NCBI GenBank assembly: GCA_030704615.1
Contig: CM060733.1
Location: forward strand, 38,192,001 to 38,256,000
Source: Takakia lepidozioides
Lineage: Eukaryota; Plantae; Bryophyta
Length of the DNA stretch: 64,000 bases
Direction of reading: 5' to 3'
Shown: piece by piece, positions 26,100 through 38,120 of the stretch
How positions within the stretch are numbered: position 1 is the first letter of the stretch
Layout: each line of letters starts with the position of its first letter
Position numbers and translations under genes: made by a program
Notes under the pieces: generated by a model
The model's input: the letters and a program-made list of their open reading frames with translations, nothing else
Databases searched by the model: none
Told to the model about the DNA's origin: nothing

Positions 26100-27359
26100 C
26101 TCTGATGGGATGAGGGGATCGACGGCGGGGGAGCGCCACGTGGTGGTGGGCGTGCCATGGGGCTTTCATCCGGCCATCGTCCATCCACGCGCGGGAGGAT
26201 GGCGGGGGGATGAGGGGCGGATGACCCAAAACATCCATTGTTTTGAGGTTGGATGGATGAGCATGGATCGATGGTTTGGGGGAGCAGCATGTGGCGGGCG
26301 ATTGGGGGTGGGGGATCACTGCCGGTCCGGAGTGGGGATAAAGCCAGGTCGGGGGGAGCGGCGACGTGTCGGGGGATCTTGCCGTGGATGGGACGAGGGG
26401 ATCGGCGACGGGGGGAGCGCCACGTGCCGTCCGATGGGTGGAGGGGGATCAAGTCACCGCATTGGACGAGGGATCAACCGAGGGGAGGGGCGGCGATGTG
26501 TCGGGGGATCGGGCCGTCGATGGGAAGAGGGGATCGACGGTGGGGGGACCGGCACGTGGCCTATCAGTGTCATCGCCCCTTCATCCGGCCGTCGTCCATC
26601 CCTTGCATGGGAGGATGGCGGGGGGATGAGGGGCGGATGACACACAACATCCATTGTTTGTGTGGTTGTGTGGATGCACAGGGGATCGCCGGTCCGGGGG
26701 AGCCGCACGTGGCGGGCGATTAGGGTTGGGGGATCACTCCTGGTCCGGAAGGTGGATCAAGGCGCGTCGGGGGGAGCGGCGATGTCTCGGGGGAGCGCCA
26801 CATGGCGATGGACGCGTCATGGGGCCTTCATCCGGCCGTCATCCATTCAATTGAGGTTGGATGGATGGGGAGGGGATCGACGGTTCGGGGGAGCGCCACG
26901 TGGCTGGAGATGGGGATGGGGGATCACTCCGGCACTGGAAGGGGGATCAACCCAGGGAGGGGATCGACGGTTCGGGGTAGCACCACGTGGCTAGAGATGG
27001 GGGTGGGGGATCACTCCGGCACTAGAAGGGGGATCAACCCAGTGAGGGGATCCACAGCGGGGGCCCGCCACGTGGCTGGAGATCGGGCGGTGCTGTGGGG
27101 CGCCGCATGGCCAGCGGTGGGGCGGGGGTTAGGGGTCCTGGGCGGGCGGGCGCGGGGGGGTCAGCGGGGGCGCGGGGAGCGGGCGGGCGGGGGCGGGCAA
27201 CGGGCGGAGGGGTCGGAGGGGGGTGGGGATGATTTGACATGGGGTGTCCAGCTCGCCGACGAGGCTGCCGGAGCGGGGGTTCCCCAGCTATACCTCGCGG
27301 GCCGTACCCGTCAGCTCACACGCTTGCAATAAAATCAAGCCACATCCATATTGGGACCG
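26100..27359 (-). repeat. Right TIR (~1.26 kb)
   Basis: Reverse complement of the left TIR. Subrepeats extend inward to about 25.45 kb. Confidence 0.88.
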
Positions 27360-27395
27360 CTACTCAACACACAGGCCATCAAGGGCCCAATGGAC

Positions 27396-28109
27396 CAGTG
27401 TTGTACTGGTATGTGCCTGTAGGCCGGGGTATGTGCACTGGTATGAGTAAGGGTATTGTAGAACATACTAGTTGGGTATGTCTTGGGGCATATACCCCGG
27501 CTATACCATGGACCCGGGTTGTGAACACTGGACCTACCCCCCTACCTACCATACGAGTCTAAGTATGAACTACTTTCATACTCCGCTTGAGACCCATATT
27601 GAGGATTGATGAACCCAAGCTAGCATGGGTCTGTGTAATGATACAATAGGGGTACAAGGTATGGCGTATAATGATCAGCATACAAGGTACAATATGCATG
27701 ATTTCTTCAGTTTTTGTCATGGCATTGAGCTTTTCTCCCATTTGTTACAATCCAACCTTACAATACAAAGACCTTCACTAATTTATGAGCAATACAGGTG
27801 TGATTGCAATTTTTTTTACCTTTTGTATGTAACCCTCAATCTGGTTTTAATTTCAGCTGTGAATACAGTATGATGATTGTTAGGGTATACCATACTATTG
27901 CACATGCTCCCCCAATATGTCATTTGAGTTTTTTCCATACCCATGCCTGGGACCATGGTATCTCAAAATTGGAAATACCCATACCCATCCTATAACCTAC
28001 CCTAGCCAGTCCTAATCTACCCCAGGCCCTACCAGTTGGACCCAAGAGCCAAGTTGGACCTACCAGCACCAGACTGGTATGTCAAAATTGACATACCAGT
28101 ACAACACTG
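27396..28109. mobile_element. Non-autonomous hAT-type element (MITE)
   Basis: TIR CAGTGTTGTACTGGTATGT / ACATACCAGTACAACACTG. Perfect 8-bp TSD CAATGGAC at 27388-27395 and 28110-28117. Confidence 0.92.
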
Positions 28110-28810
28110 CAATGGACCGTCTGAAGGCACACGCTGAAGGATTGAACCCAGGATCACTGTAAAAAAAAGAGAGATTCTTCACAAATGGCCTTTTATTAAA
28201 GTTATTCGGAAAGTGCCAAGAACTAGGGACGGTATCCCAGCTTGGCCAAAAGTGGGGACGAGTTACCAAACTCATATAAAGGAAAAAGCGCGGGATAAAA
28301 TTAGTTTTCTCACCAAACTTGGGGTCAAACTAGTTTCATACCCAGTTTGGGTTTTGCCAAGCTGCACGGCCCTTGACGCTGAGCGACCTGCGAGCAAGAA
28401 GCTACCAGATCATGTCAAGGAGTAGGACTCATGCCCATTTTGATGAACTCGTGCCCGATTTTGCTCACTTTCCGTTTGCACTCAAACTGGGGATGAAACA
28501 CGAGTTAGAGGTCCAAATTGGGGACCAAACCAATGTTGTTCTGGTATCAGGTTTAGGACATACCAGGCTGGACCTGGTACCAGATGCATCACAAAATTTT
28601 CATTACCAATTTGGTCTATGTAGTGGTGGATGTATTTCTTCCACATATTGGTATAAGTATAAGTATCATGACCACCACACCAGTTGGTATGAGATATCAA
28701 TTCTGGTATTATTCCAAAGCCATCTTGAATTACAAGTTTATCAAATAGCAAGTATCAAGTGACAACAAATACAATACACATAAAGAAATAAATCTACATA
28801 AGTACAAGTA

Positions 28811-29288
28811 TGGAAGGATTTAATCTGAAATAGCCTCTGCCTCTTGCATGAGCACCTGGAGGACACAGATTAACCGCCACCGCTGAAGATCATGACTGCT
28901 TGAAGAAGCTATAACAAGAATGGACTACATCTGCCACTGGTTTTGAATCTCCCACCATCACTTTCCTGCACAAATTCCAAGCTACAAGAAGATTGGCCCA
29001 GTCACTCTCTAGAAATGTGGCATTGGAAAGCTTGCCAGCCGCAAAACTCTCCTGAAATGTTTGAGGCACTGCCACTATAGACTGGAAAATTGCAGCACCA
29101 ACCCTGTCACCATGGAATCTTATTTGGAATCTAAACGCAATCTGGGCCACTCTGGAGGCGGAAATGCTGAACTTGAGAGTTCGAGCAGGTGTCAATTGGT
29201 CTTTGAAAGGTGAAAAGATGTCGGCCTACTTCTTCCACAAGACCAGGCAGCGACGTGCAACCACTCTACTTAGTTCTATTACGAACTC
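28811..29288 (+). mobile_element. L1-like LINE ORF2, 5' piece (before the Ty3 insertion)
   Basis: RVRAGVNWSLKGEKMSAYFFHKTRQRR matches the L1 R-x-R-x3-W-x3-G-[DE]-x4-FFH motif. Confidence 0.75.
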
Positions 29289-29826
29289 TGTCGTGCACCT
29301 AAGCATCGTGCCACAACATACATCGCTGTCCACCACACAATCTAAGCACACAATCCTAGAAAGCTATACCACACCGATAATGAAAGTGAACATAATGGAA
29401 ACACTCCACTCATGAATCCAATCAATCACATAAACTAAGTCAAGCCAAGGGCACCTTTGCTAAAGGAATCCACCCTACAAAGCCAGCACCACACTCCTTC
29501 TCAATACCTAGAGCTATGGAGGTGGGAGAGGCTCATGGAGGCTCAACTACAAGAAGATGAGCCTCCTCCATCCTCACAAGGGGAAAACCTATCCCCATGT
29601 CCCAAGTGAGGCTCGACACCTCACTTGGCATGTGAGACCCAATGAAGTCCCAACACACAAAATATAAATATAAATATCTAAAATGTCATAGTTAACTAGA
29701 AGTAGGTAATTCTAGATAACCATGACTAAAACCATGACAGCTGTCGTGCACCTAAGCATTGTGCCACAACATACATCGTTGTCCACCAAACAATCTAAGC
29801 ACACAATCCTAGAAAGTTATACCACA
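29289..29826 (-). repeat. 3' LTR (538 bp, TG...CA), itself bounded by two 85-bp direct repeats
   Basis: Follows the purine-rich GCTAGGGGGGCGAT tract. Near-identical repeats at 29289-29373 and 29742-29826. Confidence 0.75.
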
Positions 29827-30083
29827 ATCGCCCCCCTAGCTGGTGATTAGGTCCCTCTAACACCAGATAGCTGACAAGTATCCATCCCAATAAGATCATC
29901 GCTTGGTCATCAATCGCCCAAGTCCCAGTATCTGAAGTCAATAGATCAGGAGGCCAGGTGCAAAAGTAGCCCCATCGTTACTTGTCTTCCTGCAATCCAT
30001 GGCTTCAATTGGGTGTCCATGGCATCGAACTCTCGTTAGCTAGACCTTGGATCACTTGTCAACCTCGCCACTGTCATGCCCCA

Positions 30084-31345
30084 CTACCTCTGTCCAAGGC
30101 ATCGTGGACACAACCATTCTCCACTAGGAACCTCCTCAAGTGGCGGTGTCAAGCATCCCATGTGCCACCCCCTTGAGCATTTGTTACACACCAACATGGT
30201 TGCGACACCACCAGCATGCCCACATAGCATGCAACGCAACCCTGCAGGTACCATTGCAAGGTTGGGATCTATCCTCCCATCAACATGTGGAAGGTGACAT
30301 GGCGCACAATTGCGTACATGGTCCTTCCATACCATACCATCTCGACCCTCCAGAATCAACACTCTTGAAGGCAACACCTCCCGGACCCTTAGAATCACAT
30401 GACTTGCTATAACATCCAAGGTCGTAGGCGCTCTCTGTTGCAGATACACATAGTCCCCAGGATCGAAACGCCGAACACTTGGCCGATACCCCCCTCCACG
30501 TATAGTGGCGTACCTCAATGTGTCTCGGTGTTGGGCAATAGCAAGGTTCTCAAAAGCCATAGGCATGACTCTCTTGAACAACTGTGCCCGTTGGGCACAT
30601 GCTTGTGTCCACACATCCGGATCATCAAGGTTGAACACTATTGCAGTCTCTCTTCGAATAGATGCAGGCAAATCTGGCTCTCGGCCAAAGAGAAGGAAAT
30701 AAGACGAGAACGAGGCAAGTGATGCTTGCTTGCTAAACCTGTAACCCATGGCCAACCAAGGTAGCTGAAGGTCCCAATCTCCCAAGTGTCCCTTCTGCAA
30801 GCCATACTTGCGCAAGCCTCGCTTGACTGTTTGCACAACCCTCTCGGCCAAGCCATCAGCCTCGGGATGATCCCGAGAAGTAGTGCGGTGATCTATCAAG
30901 GCTTACTCACACAAAGCTTGAAACTCCCCCAAGAACTCTCTCCCTTGGTCCGTGAGTACCTCGGCTGGAGCACCAAATTGGCTAAGCACTCGATCTAAGA
31001 ATGCATACGCAGCCCCCTCACTTGCCTTGTCAGGCAATGCCACTAGTTCAATCCATTTGGAGAAATGTTCCACCATCACCAGCACATACTTATTATGGCG
31101 AATCATTAGTGCCAATGGGCCTGCGAAGTCAAGACTCCAACGATAGCCCAAACCCATAATGGGTAAATGATGCAATTGTGGAGTAGGTGCATGAAAGAAG
31201 CCTGCACTCTATCACACACCATGCACCTTGCCACTAACTGTTGCACATCCGTGTGCATGCCCCGTCACCAATACTATCCTTGCAGCAAACTATGAGTGCG
31301 CCGCACCCCAAAATGTCCCAACTCCTCATGGGCACCAATCGCGCT
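30084..31345 (-). pseudogene. Integrase (HHCC + DDE core) with C-terminal PHD finger
   Basis: HEELGHFG...RCMVC; WSLDFAGP, LTDQGREF, DGLAERVVQ. C4HC3 PHD: CMLC-x9-CNKC-SRGWHMGCLTPPLEEVPSGEWLCPRC. Confidence 0.92.
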
Positions 31346-31699
31346 CGTTGTGTTGGATGAGGCACAATCCTCACTCGTCCATCTTCCCATACTCAGAGTA
31401 GGTGAGTCCCCTCCCACTTGAACCTCTTGGCTCGTTGTAGGATCCGATCTCTCTCCTTAGCAGTCACACTGGTTGCTGTCTCTCTAGTACAAAGGTAGGC
31501 CAACACTGCTGCATCTTCATGTACATCCTTAGAACCACCAAGCATTGATCTCTGGATCGTCAAGCACACTATCTCTATGACCAATCGCATGGGATGGACC
31601 AGCTTGAGCTCCCATTGCTAAAATGCATAAAAAGGCAGATGCGTGCCATCCTGGCACCATTTCCTCGTCCGTCTCACCATGCCAACAAGCTTCTGTATC

Positions 31700-33022
31700 A
31701 TCAAGCTCACTTGTGCATGGATTGCAACTCAATCCATCCGCATCCCGTTGACTATTCCGGCTCAATGCACCACTTGGAAGTCGTACTCTTGAAGTATAAG
31801 TGCCCACCGTACAAGCTTCCCTATAAGCTTATCTGACTCCATCAACCACTTCAATGGTTGGTGATCCGTGACAAGGGTGAAGAGATTGTCATAGAGGTAG
31901 CATCTTAAATGTGCCACTGCCCATACTGCAGCTAGACACTCCCCTTCATAGGAACTATACTTCGCCTTGACATCATTGTTCGAGCGGCTAGCATATGCCA
32001 CTACGAACTCTCTTCCCTCATCATCTACATGTGTGAGCACTGCTCTAATCCCCAGCATACTCCAATCCGTATGTAGCTGAAAAGACCGCGCAGAAGTCAA
32101 TCGAGCCTTGAGTTCCTCAAAGGCTTCCTCCTGCTCCTCCTCCCACTGCCACTCCTGACCCACTTAACTTGGTAAGAGCCTTTGCAATGCTGCTAAATCC
32201 CTTGACAAACCGTCGACAGTAGTTTGCCAACCCCATGAAAGCACAAACTCTGTTAACATTGATGAGGCGTGGAATGCGTGCAATGGTCTCCACCTTCGTC
32301 TTTTAAACACCCAATCCTCGAGGGTATATCATGTGGCCCAGATACTCAATCTGGTTGTGGAAGAACTTGCACTTCCCAGGGTGCAATTTCAACCCATGCG
32401 CTCTCAAGCGCTCAAACACCATCTGAAGGTGTCTCTCATGCTCCTCAATCGTAGCACTAAAGATGATGATGTCATCAATGTAGCACCGAACGAAGTCTAG
32501 CCCCGCAAGAATCCTATCTATGACCCTCTGAAACTCTGCAGGAGCATTGTTCAACCCAAATGGTAGGAACCGCCATTGGTACAAGCAATCCTTCCCATGT
32601 TGGTCAATCCCCCAGAATGCCGTCTTTTGCTTGTCAGCCTCTTTGATTGGCAACTGGTGGTAACCGGATCGCAAGTTCAATGTGCTAAACACCTTTGCAT
32701 GCCCAATGGCATCAAAGATCTCCTCTGGAGTTGACATGACATATCTATCGGACTTAGTCTGACGGTTCACAGGACGGTAGTCCCCACACATCCTCCTTTC
32801 TGTCCAATTGCCATAGATATCCTTCTTAGATGGCATCACCATTGCCGAGGCATACTCCCCGCCTGACAACTCCACCAATCCAGCTTCAAACAACTCCATA
32901 GTCCGTGATTGGATCAAGGACCTCTCCATATCACTATACCTGTAGGGCATTCGAAAAATTGGTGTGTCACTTGCCAAATCAATACGAATCTCCTTGCCCT
33001 TCAAACTCCCCAAATCCTTCAA
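31700..33022 (-). pseudogene. Ty3-type reverse transcriptase and RNase H
   Basis: RMCGDYRPVN, LNLRSGYHQL, LPFGLNNAPAEFQ, YIDDIII. RNase H motifs LHTDWS, VVAYASR, EGECLAAVWAV, LVTDHQPL. Confidence 0.95.
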
Positions 33023-33559
33023 ACCGAAGGCAAAGCAATTTCTATAAGCCCTTAGAAATCGCTGGATCCTCCGCCTCTCTCTTCCGGTGATTGTAGGTCT
33101 GACATCTGGTTCCCAGTTGTCCTCAGTGACTGCAACCTTGGGTACACCAGGCTTGAAAGTAGGAGACGCATCCTTTGGTTGCTAGATAGCAACCTCTTGG
33201 GCTTTATCCGCCCACCCTGACCGTGGCGTAGCCTCCACTTGCTCCGCCATAGCCACCTTGAGAACATCCTCTGGGGAAGAAACATTCTCAACCTCTTCAA
33301 AAACATTGGCCACCTTGGCCTCCAACTGATCCTCAATGTATGGCTCTCCCCACTCCTCATACTGCTACTTGAGAGATCCAATGACTCTCTCTTTGTGCAT
33401 CTCATCCCACATCTGCCATGTTTGTTTGCACCCCATGATCCTGTGCTCGCCCCCACTCACTGCCTCCACCGTCCCGGTTGGCAGAGATGGTGCAATATCC
33501 AATGGAAGTGCAGAAGTAGCCACCAATGCTTGCAATCTCCGTTGCTCAGCCATGCACAA

Positions 33560-34500
33560 GCCAATGACCCATGTCAAGCAATTGAGATCCATTGCCTGAC
33601 CCAACACCTGGCATTGTGATGCCTCTGACAGAGCTGGCACAGCTGTAGTGCCCGTGACAAATCCCATTGCCCGCTCTCGCTCATCCGCATTGGGCTCCAC
33701 CAATTGCTGTAGCACACTGTCCCAAATCAACCCAGGACCATTGTCACAAAGAGCATGAGACGAGGGAAAGCTCATGAGCGTAGGCAAGGCTGCACGTGGC
33801 TGCCCCACTCGATTTACCACTGCTAGAGGTGGACACTCATCATGTTGCACCCTCTGTGGTTACCTCCCTTGGTCCAAAATGCCCTCAACTATGAGATTGG
33901 GTGGCCGTTGAATGGAATCGTATGCTCTCTTGAGCAGCTTTGGCGGTGCAAGATTGGTCCACCACAATCGAGGTCGATGCGCTCGTGATCCCACCGCTGC
34001 TGCATCCAATAACACCGCCGATCCAATCCAAGACCGCACTTGATGCACACTGGCCATAATCCTGGCCCGAGAGTCCCCCATAAGAGGAACATTCTCCAAG
34101 ATATAGGCTAGAGGTTGCACTTGCCTCGTCTGCAAGTCACGCAACACTCTCAACATCTCCCAAAACAAATGCAATCGTGCATCATGCAAGCCATTCCCAT
34201 GACCTGCGGGAGAGTGTCATTGGCAAGGCCATCCAGCTATCACCAAGTCAATGGTACCATGCCGGTCCAAATCATCCACCCCTAGCAAGGTAATGGCTGC
34301 TGGCAAGGCATTTTTATACCCTTGAATTGCTGAGAGAGACAACAACTCAGGATACCGGTGTGTGAGCAAGGCGATGTGGCGCGTAGAAATACGCCAAGCT
34401 ATCTCATCCTTCTCCACATACAAGTACTTGCATATTGCTTGCAACACTCCTGCAAGCCCAGTGCTCATGCCTCCAAACATATCTAGCAAACAAATCACTG
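33560..34500 (-). pseudogene. C5 cytosine DNA methyltransferase domain embedded in pol
   Basis: Motifs in canonical order: I LLDMFGGMSTG, II YVEKD, IV DLVIAGWPCQ, VI YILENVP, VIII AHRPRLWWTN, IX ERERAMGF, X VLGQAMD. Stop or frameshift directly after PCQ (34217) and near 33860. Confidence 0.92.
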
Positions 34501-34765
34501 AGTCAAGTGGTTGCCAGGTAATGGGCATTGTGTCCAAAAGGAGCTAACTGAGGAGGTCCGGGTGATGTCACTGAACTCCCCTCACTCACCAATGGATAGG
34601 CCTCCTGCCATGCTTGGTGCACACACTCGCATGCTACTCGATTCAAATTCCCAACTGTACCCCACAGTGGAATATGAACAGGCATATGAAGAAGCAAATC
34701 AGCCTTGTATGCCAATTGTTTGTCCTCATCAGGAGGTGGCCTATCATCTGCATGACTATTGCCCT

Positions 34766-35308
34766 TCAAGAGTTCACCACCCCAAGCCACCACCCCTGAG
34801 AATGCAGCCAATGTGACATCATGTTCCTATGATCCACTGCTACATTCCCAATAGACCGCACCGGGAGCAGTGCATGTCGACCATCCCCTGACTGCCATTC
34901 CAGCCTGTAGGATGCCGTTTCCTCCCAAAAGTCCAAAGTAAAGCCCATCGGGTATAACACAGCCCCACCAACAAGCACATCATAAGACATCGCGTCCGTA
35001 ACAATGGTTTTAGCTCTCATGACAGAGCCATCTATAGGATGATCTGGCTGCAATTGAATGAAGAGCTCATGGCGTGTAATCCCTCGTGCCTTCTCTAAAC
35101 CGCCCAAAGATGCTTGAATTTGGAAAGGACAAGGCTCCAAATCCGCCTCTGTAAGGCCCAAGCCTGCAATTGCTGCTCTCCCCAACATCAATGGCTGTGC
35201 TCCCGAGTCCAACAAGACCCGCAGTGGCCTATACCTCATCCCGGCTGGGCCACCCAACTGAAATACACCATCCTGATTGTCCACCAGGACTACCCCAGGA
35301 GTCACCAT
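34766..35308 (-). pseudogene. Retroviral-type aspartic protease
   Basis: RVLLDSGAQ catalytic motif and YDVLVG C-terminal motif. Confidence 0.85.
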
Positions 35309-35327
35309 ACTATGCTCAATGGCTGGT

Positions 35328-37353
35328 CTAGCTGACCTGCAACCTTGCAGCTGCCGCTTGCCATGGCGCAGCTATGGCTGTCTTCACCCTTGAATCCAAG
35401 GCATCCATGCACTGCACCTGATCCGCTATCCCCGCAGATAGTGCCGATGCATCACCACTCTCAGAGAGTGCAGCTGCCAGTCTAAACACTGCAGCTGGCC
35501 GCATCCTCGACATTGCAATTGTCGTGGCAGAAAACAATAGAGCTTGGCAAATTGCCGTAGCCGCCCCCAACAATGTACTGGCTGCACCTTGCTTTGCAGT
35601 ACCATCCACTAGCATTTCCCGAGCCATACCAACTCTCCCTAATGGCGCTCGTGGTTCTACCTCTGGCACACTTGGGCGAGCGGGTGCCATCGATGACATA
35701 GTTGGCACTGTCTCAGCCAATGTGAAAGACTGTGGAAGCCTTGTCTGCCGACTTGCTTCCCCTCTTTGTGGATCAAAATCCACATCCGCTCCTCTTGGCT
35801 CAGGATGATGCGTTGCTGCTCGAGTGACAGCAGCTGCAGAGTCCACATGCAATGGTCCTGTAAGTGCGGTTCCACACATGAAGCCCATACCAATCTGGTC
35901 TTTCCTAGGCATAGGAGGTTGTGCAGGTGGGGCTTGAACCTCAAGCCTTGGAGCTGGCGCAACATGAGTAGTGGCCATGGCAGCAAGACGTTGCTCTAGC
36001 TGGGCAAGTCTATCCCCCATGCCTTGGTCATGACCTTGACCCTGACCCTGTGCTCCTTGGTTTTGGTTACATCCTCCACCCCGACCTCTGCCTCCTCAGG
36101 ATGCAAGCCATAACAATGGGCCTCCTCATGCCCATACTTTCCACAATGCCCACACTGTAGTTGTGTAGGCTGTGCCTGTGCCAGCCCTTTGCCTCTCTCC
36201 GGGCAATCCTTCTTGACCTGGGGTCCTCCACAATCCCAACATGATACACTCGTCTGTTGCTGGCCTGAGAATGAAGGGAGAGACCTCTGAATATGAGATC
36301 CTCTATGGCTTTCCCTAGGCTTCATCTGAGCCCCCTTGTTGCCTTGAGCACGTTGGGGAGTTGGTTGTTGTTGGCTAGGAACTCCACTTTGTTGTGTCTC
36401 TTGCCAAATCCCACCATAACCACCCGCTCCTCCACCATATTGAGTTCTATCCGCTCTGCCAGCAAAAACACATTTGTTAAGGTGGGTTGGGCTACTTGTA
36501 GGAGAGTTGCATCTCGCACCCTTCTCCTCAGCTCCTTGTCCACGATCCCATACTAGAACTGGACTACCAAAGCTTCTGTAACCCCTTGGGTTATGTTTAT
36601 CAAGCGCCTCATGCGAGTGTAAGCCTCCCTCAAACTCTCAGCAGACCTTCATTGGAACTTTTGCAAGCTCCGCAACTTCTCTGTCCTTATCCCTTGGTAG
36701 TTTCTCCTCAACTCCTCGAAGAACTCCACACTGGGTTAAAGGCAGGCATGGTGTTGGTCTGCAGCAGGAGCTTGAGTGGATTTCCCAGCTCCTGTACCAC
36801 TTGTCCCACTACTAGTGCTTGCAGTTGGAGATGTTTGTGTAGCTGCAAGTGTCGCCGCTGCCCTTGTGCCTCTAGTGATGGAGACATAGTTAGGTGACCA
36901 ATACTCTCGCCACTCCTCAATCTCCACCGCATGTCCTCGCCTAAATTCATGGTAATCATCCATGGGCGGCCCCTCAAGGTGCTGGAATAGCCCCTTCCAC
37001 GCCATAAAGGACGTAAACAGTTCTGGATTGCGCATTTGCTGCAAATCACACCAACTGTCAAACTCTTGTATGAAGTCATCAAGCTTGATGGTGCCCACAG
37101 CTCCAGAGTACCTACGTGGCCCCTTGGTAGCTCCATGCATCTCTTCCATCGTGTCCCACAACAATGGCACGGAAATGGTTTGCACCCTCGGCGAGAATCC
37201 TCCTGATTCCGAGTCTGAACCTTCATCAGAAGACACTGAAGGTGAAGGTGGCCTAAACCGCACACCTCGTCTTGTGTACCCACTAGTATCGCTGGTGCTC
37301 GTATCGGCAACCCCATCAGTAACTGGTGGCACCTCCGTGATGAAAACTGACAA
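35328..37353 (-). pseudogene. Gag-like protein with CCHC zinc knuckles
   Basis: Frameshifted ORFs 36736-37353, 36322-36543, 35996-36325 (degenerate CWDCGGPQVKKDC and intact CGHCGKYGHEEAHC) and 35328-36020. Confidence 0.75.
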
Positions 37354-37914
37354 CCCAACCGGTTGTCAACCTGTCTCTAATCCCCACTTTCTACAAGATA
37401 ACCGGGTAGAGAACCTGTTGCGGCCTATGGCTTAGACTAGTACTACGTTCGTAACATAAACCTACACCTGCACCTACATCCACCGCAAGCACTCATATGG
37501 TCTGCTGGTCATCAACCTAGCCTCACCATAAGAGAAACAATGATGGTCTAACTGGTCATCACCCCAGCCTCACCACCGACAGCACGCTCTAGGATTGACC
37601 GGTGATCAAATCCGGACCAACCTCCTATGAAAACAAGCGCCCACACAAAACTGACATGGCGCACAGTCAAGCATGCAGGTGTGGGGGGGATCCAAACACA
37701 AGAAAATCAAGACAGGAACTCCCCCACACCAAAAAAAAACACTCCACAGTGTCGCTCCTGCAAGGACACCCCAGCCCAAACCCGGACTGACTCTTGCCTC
37801 CACCTACGGAAAGGTTTTGGCCTACATAGAGGATGGAAGACTACGGGCTCCTCCTGATACACCCTAGATGTCATACACTTTTAATGAAAACGTATGGTAG
37901 GCAAAGTCTCTCCA

Positions 37915-38120
37915 CTTGTATCCATACTCTGTTCTTAAAAGAGTATGGTGGGGCAGAGGGAGCCCATACACTGTTCACAAAAACGTATGTTGGGCAGAGG
38001 GGGCCCATACACTGTTGAAAAAAGGGTATGTTGGGCAGAGGGGTTCCATACTTTTCTCACAAAAGTGTATGGTGGGGGCAGAGGGAGCCCATACACAGTT
38101 TCTTGAAGAGTATGGAGACT
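37915..38120. repeat. Short imperfect tandem array (GGGCAGAGGGAGCCCATACACT core, 4 copies)
   Basis: Core seen at ~37950, 37992, 38033 and 38076. Confidence 0.7.

Larger units (their letters stand above)
13477..27359. mobile_element. Mutator-like DNA transposon (MULE), 13.9 kb, with very long TIRs
   Basis: Ends CGGTCCCAATATGGATGTGGCTTGATTTTATTGCAAGCGTGTGA and its reverse complement at 27316-27359. 9-bp TSD CTACTCAAA (13468-13476) / CTACTCAAC (27360-27368). Internal transposase and Ulp1 remnants. Confidence 0.9.

Noticed and set aside
33560-34500. Host DRM/DNMT3 gene or bacterial contamination as the source of the methyltransferase
   Set aside because: It is intronless, has unpermuted motifs, is collinear between protease and RT, and is decayed like the rest of pol. 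There is no restriction-enzyme partner or bacterial context.
29289-37353. DIRS/Ngaro tyrosine-recombinase element (these carry a methyltransferase-like domain and split repeats)
   Set aside because: The element has an aspartic protease, an HHCC-DDE integrase and a PPT. The MTase has C5 (PCQ/ENV) motifs, not adenine-MTase motifs.
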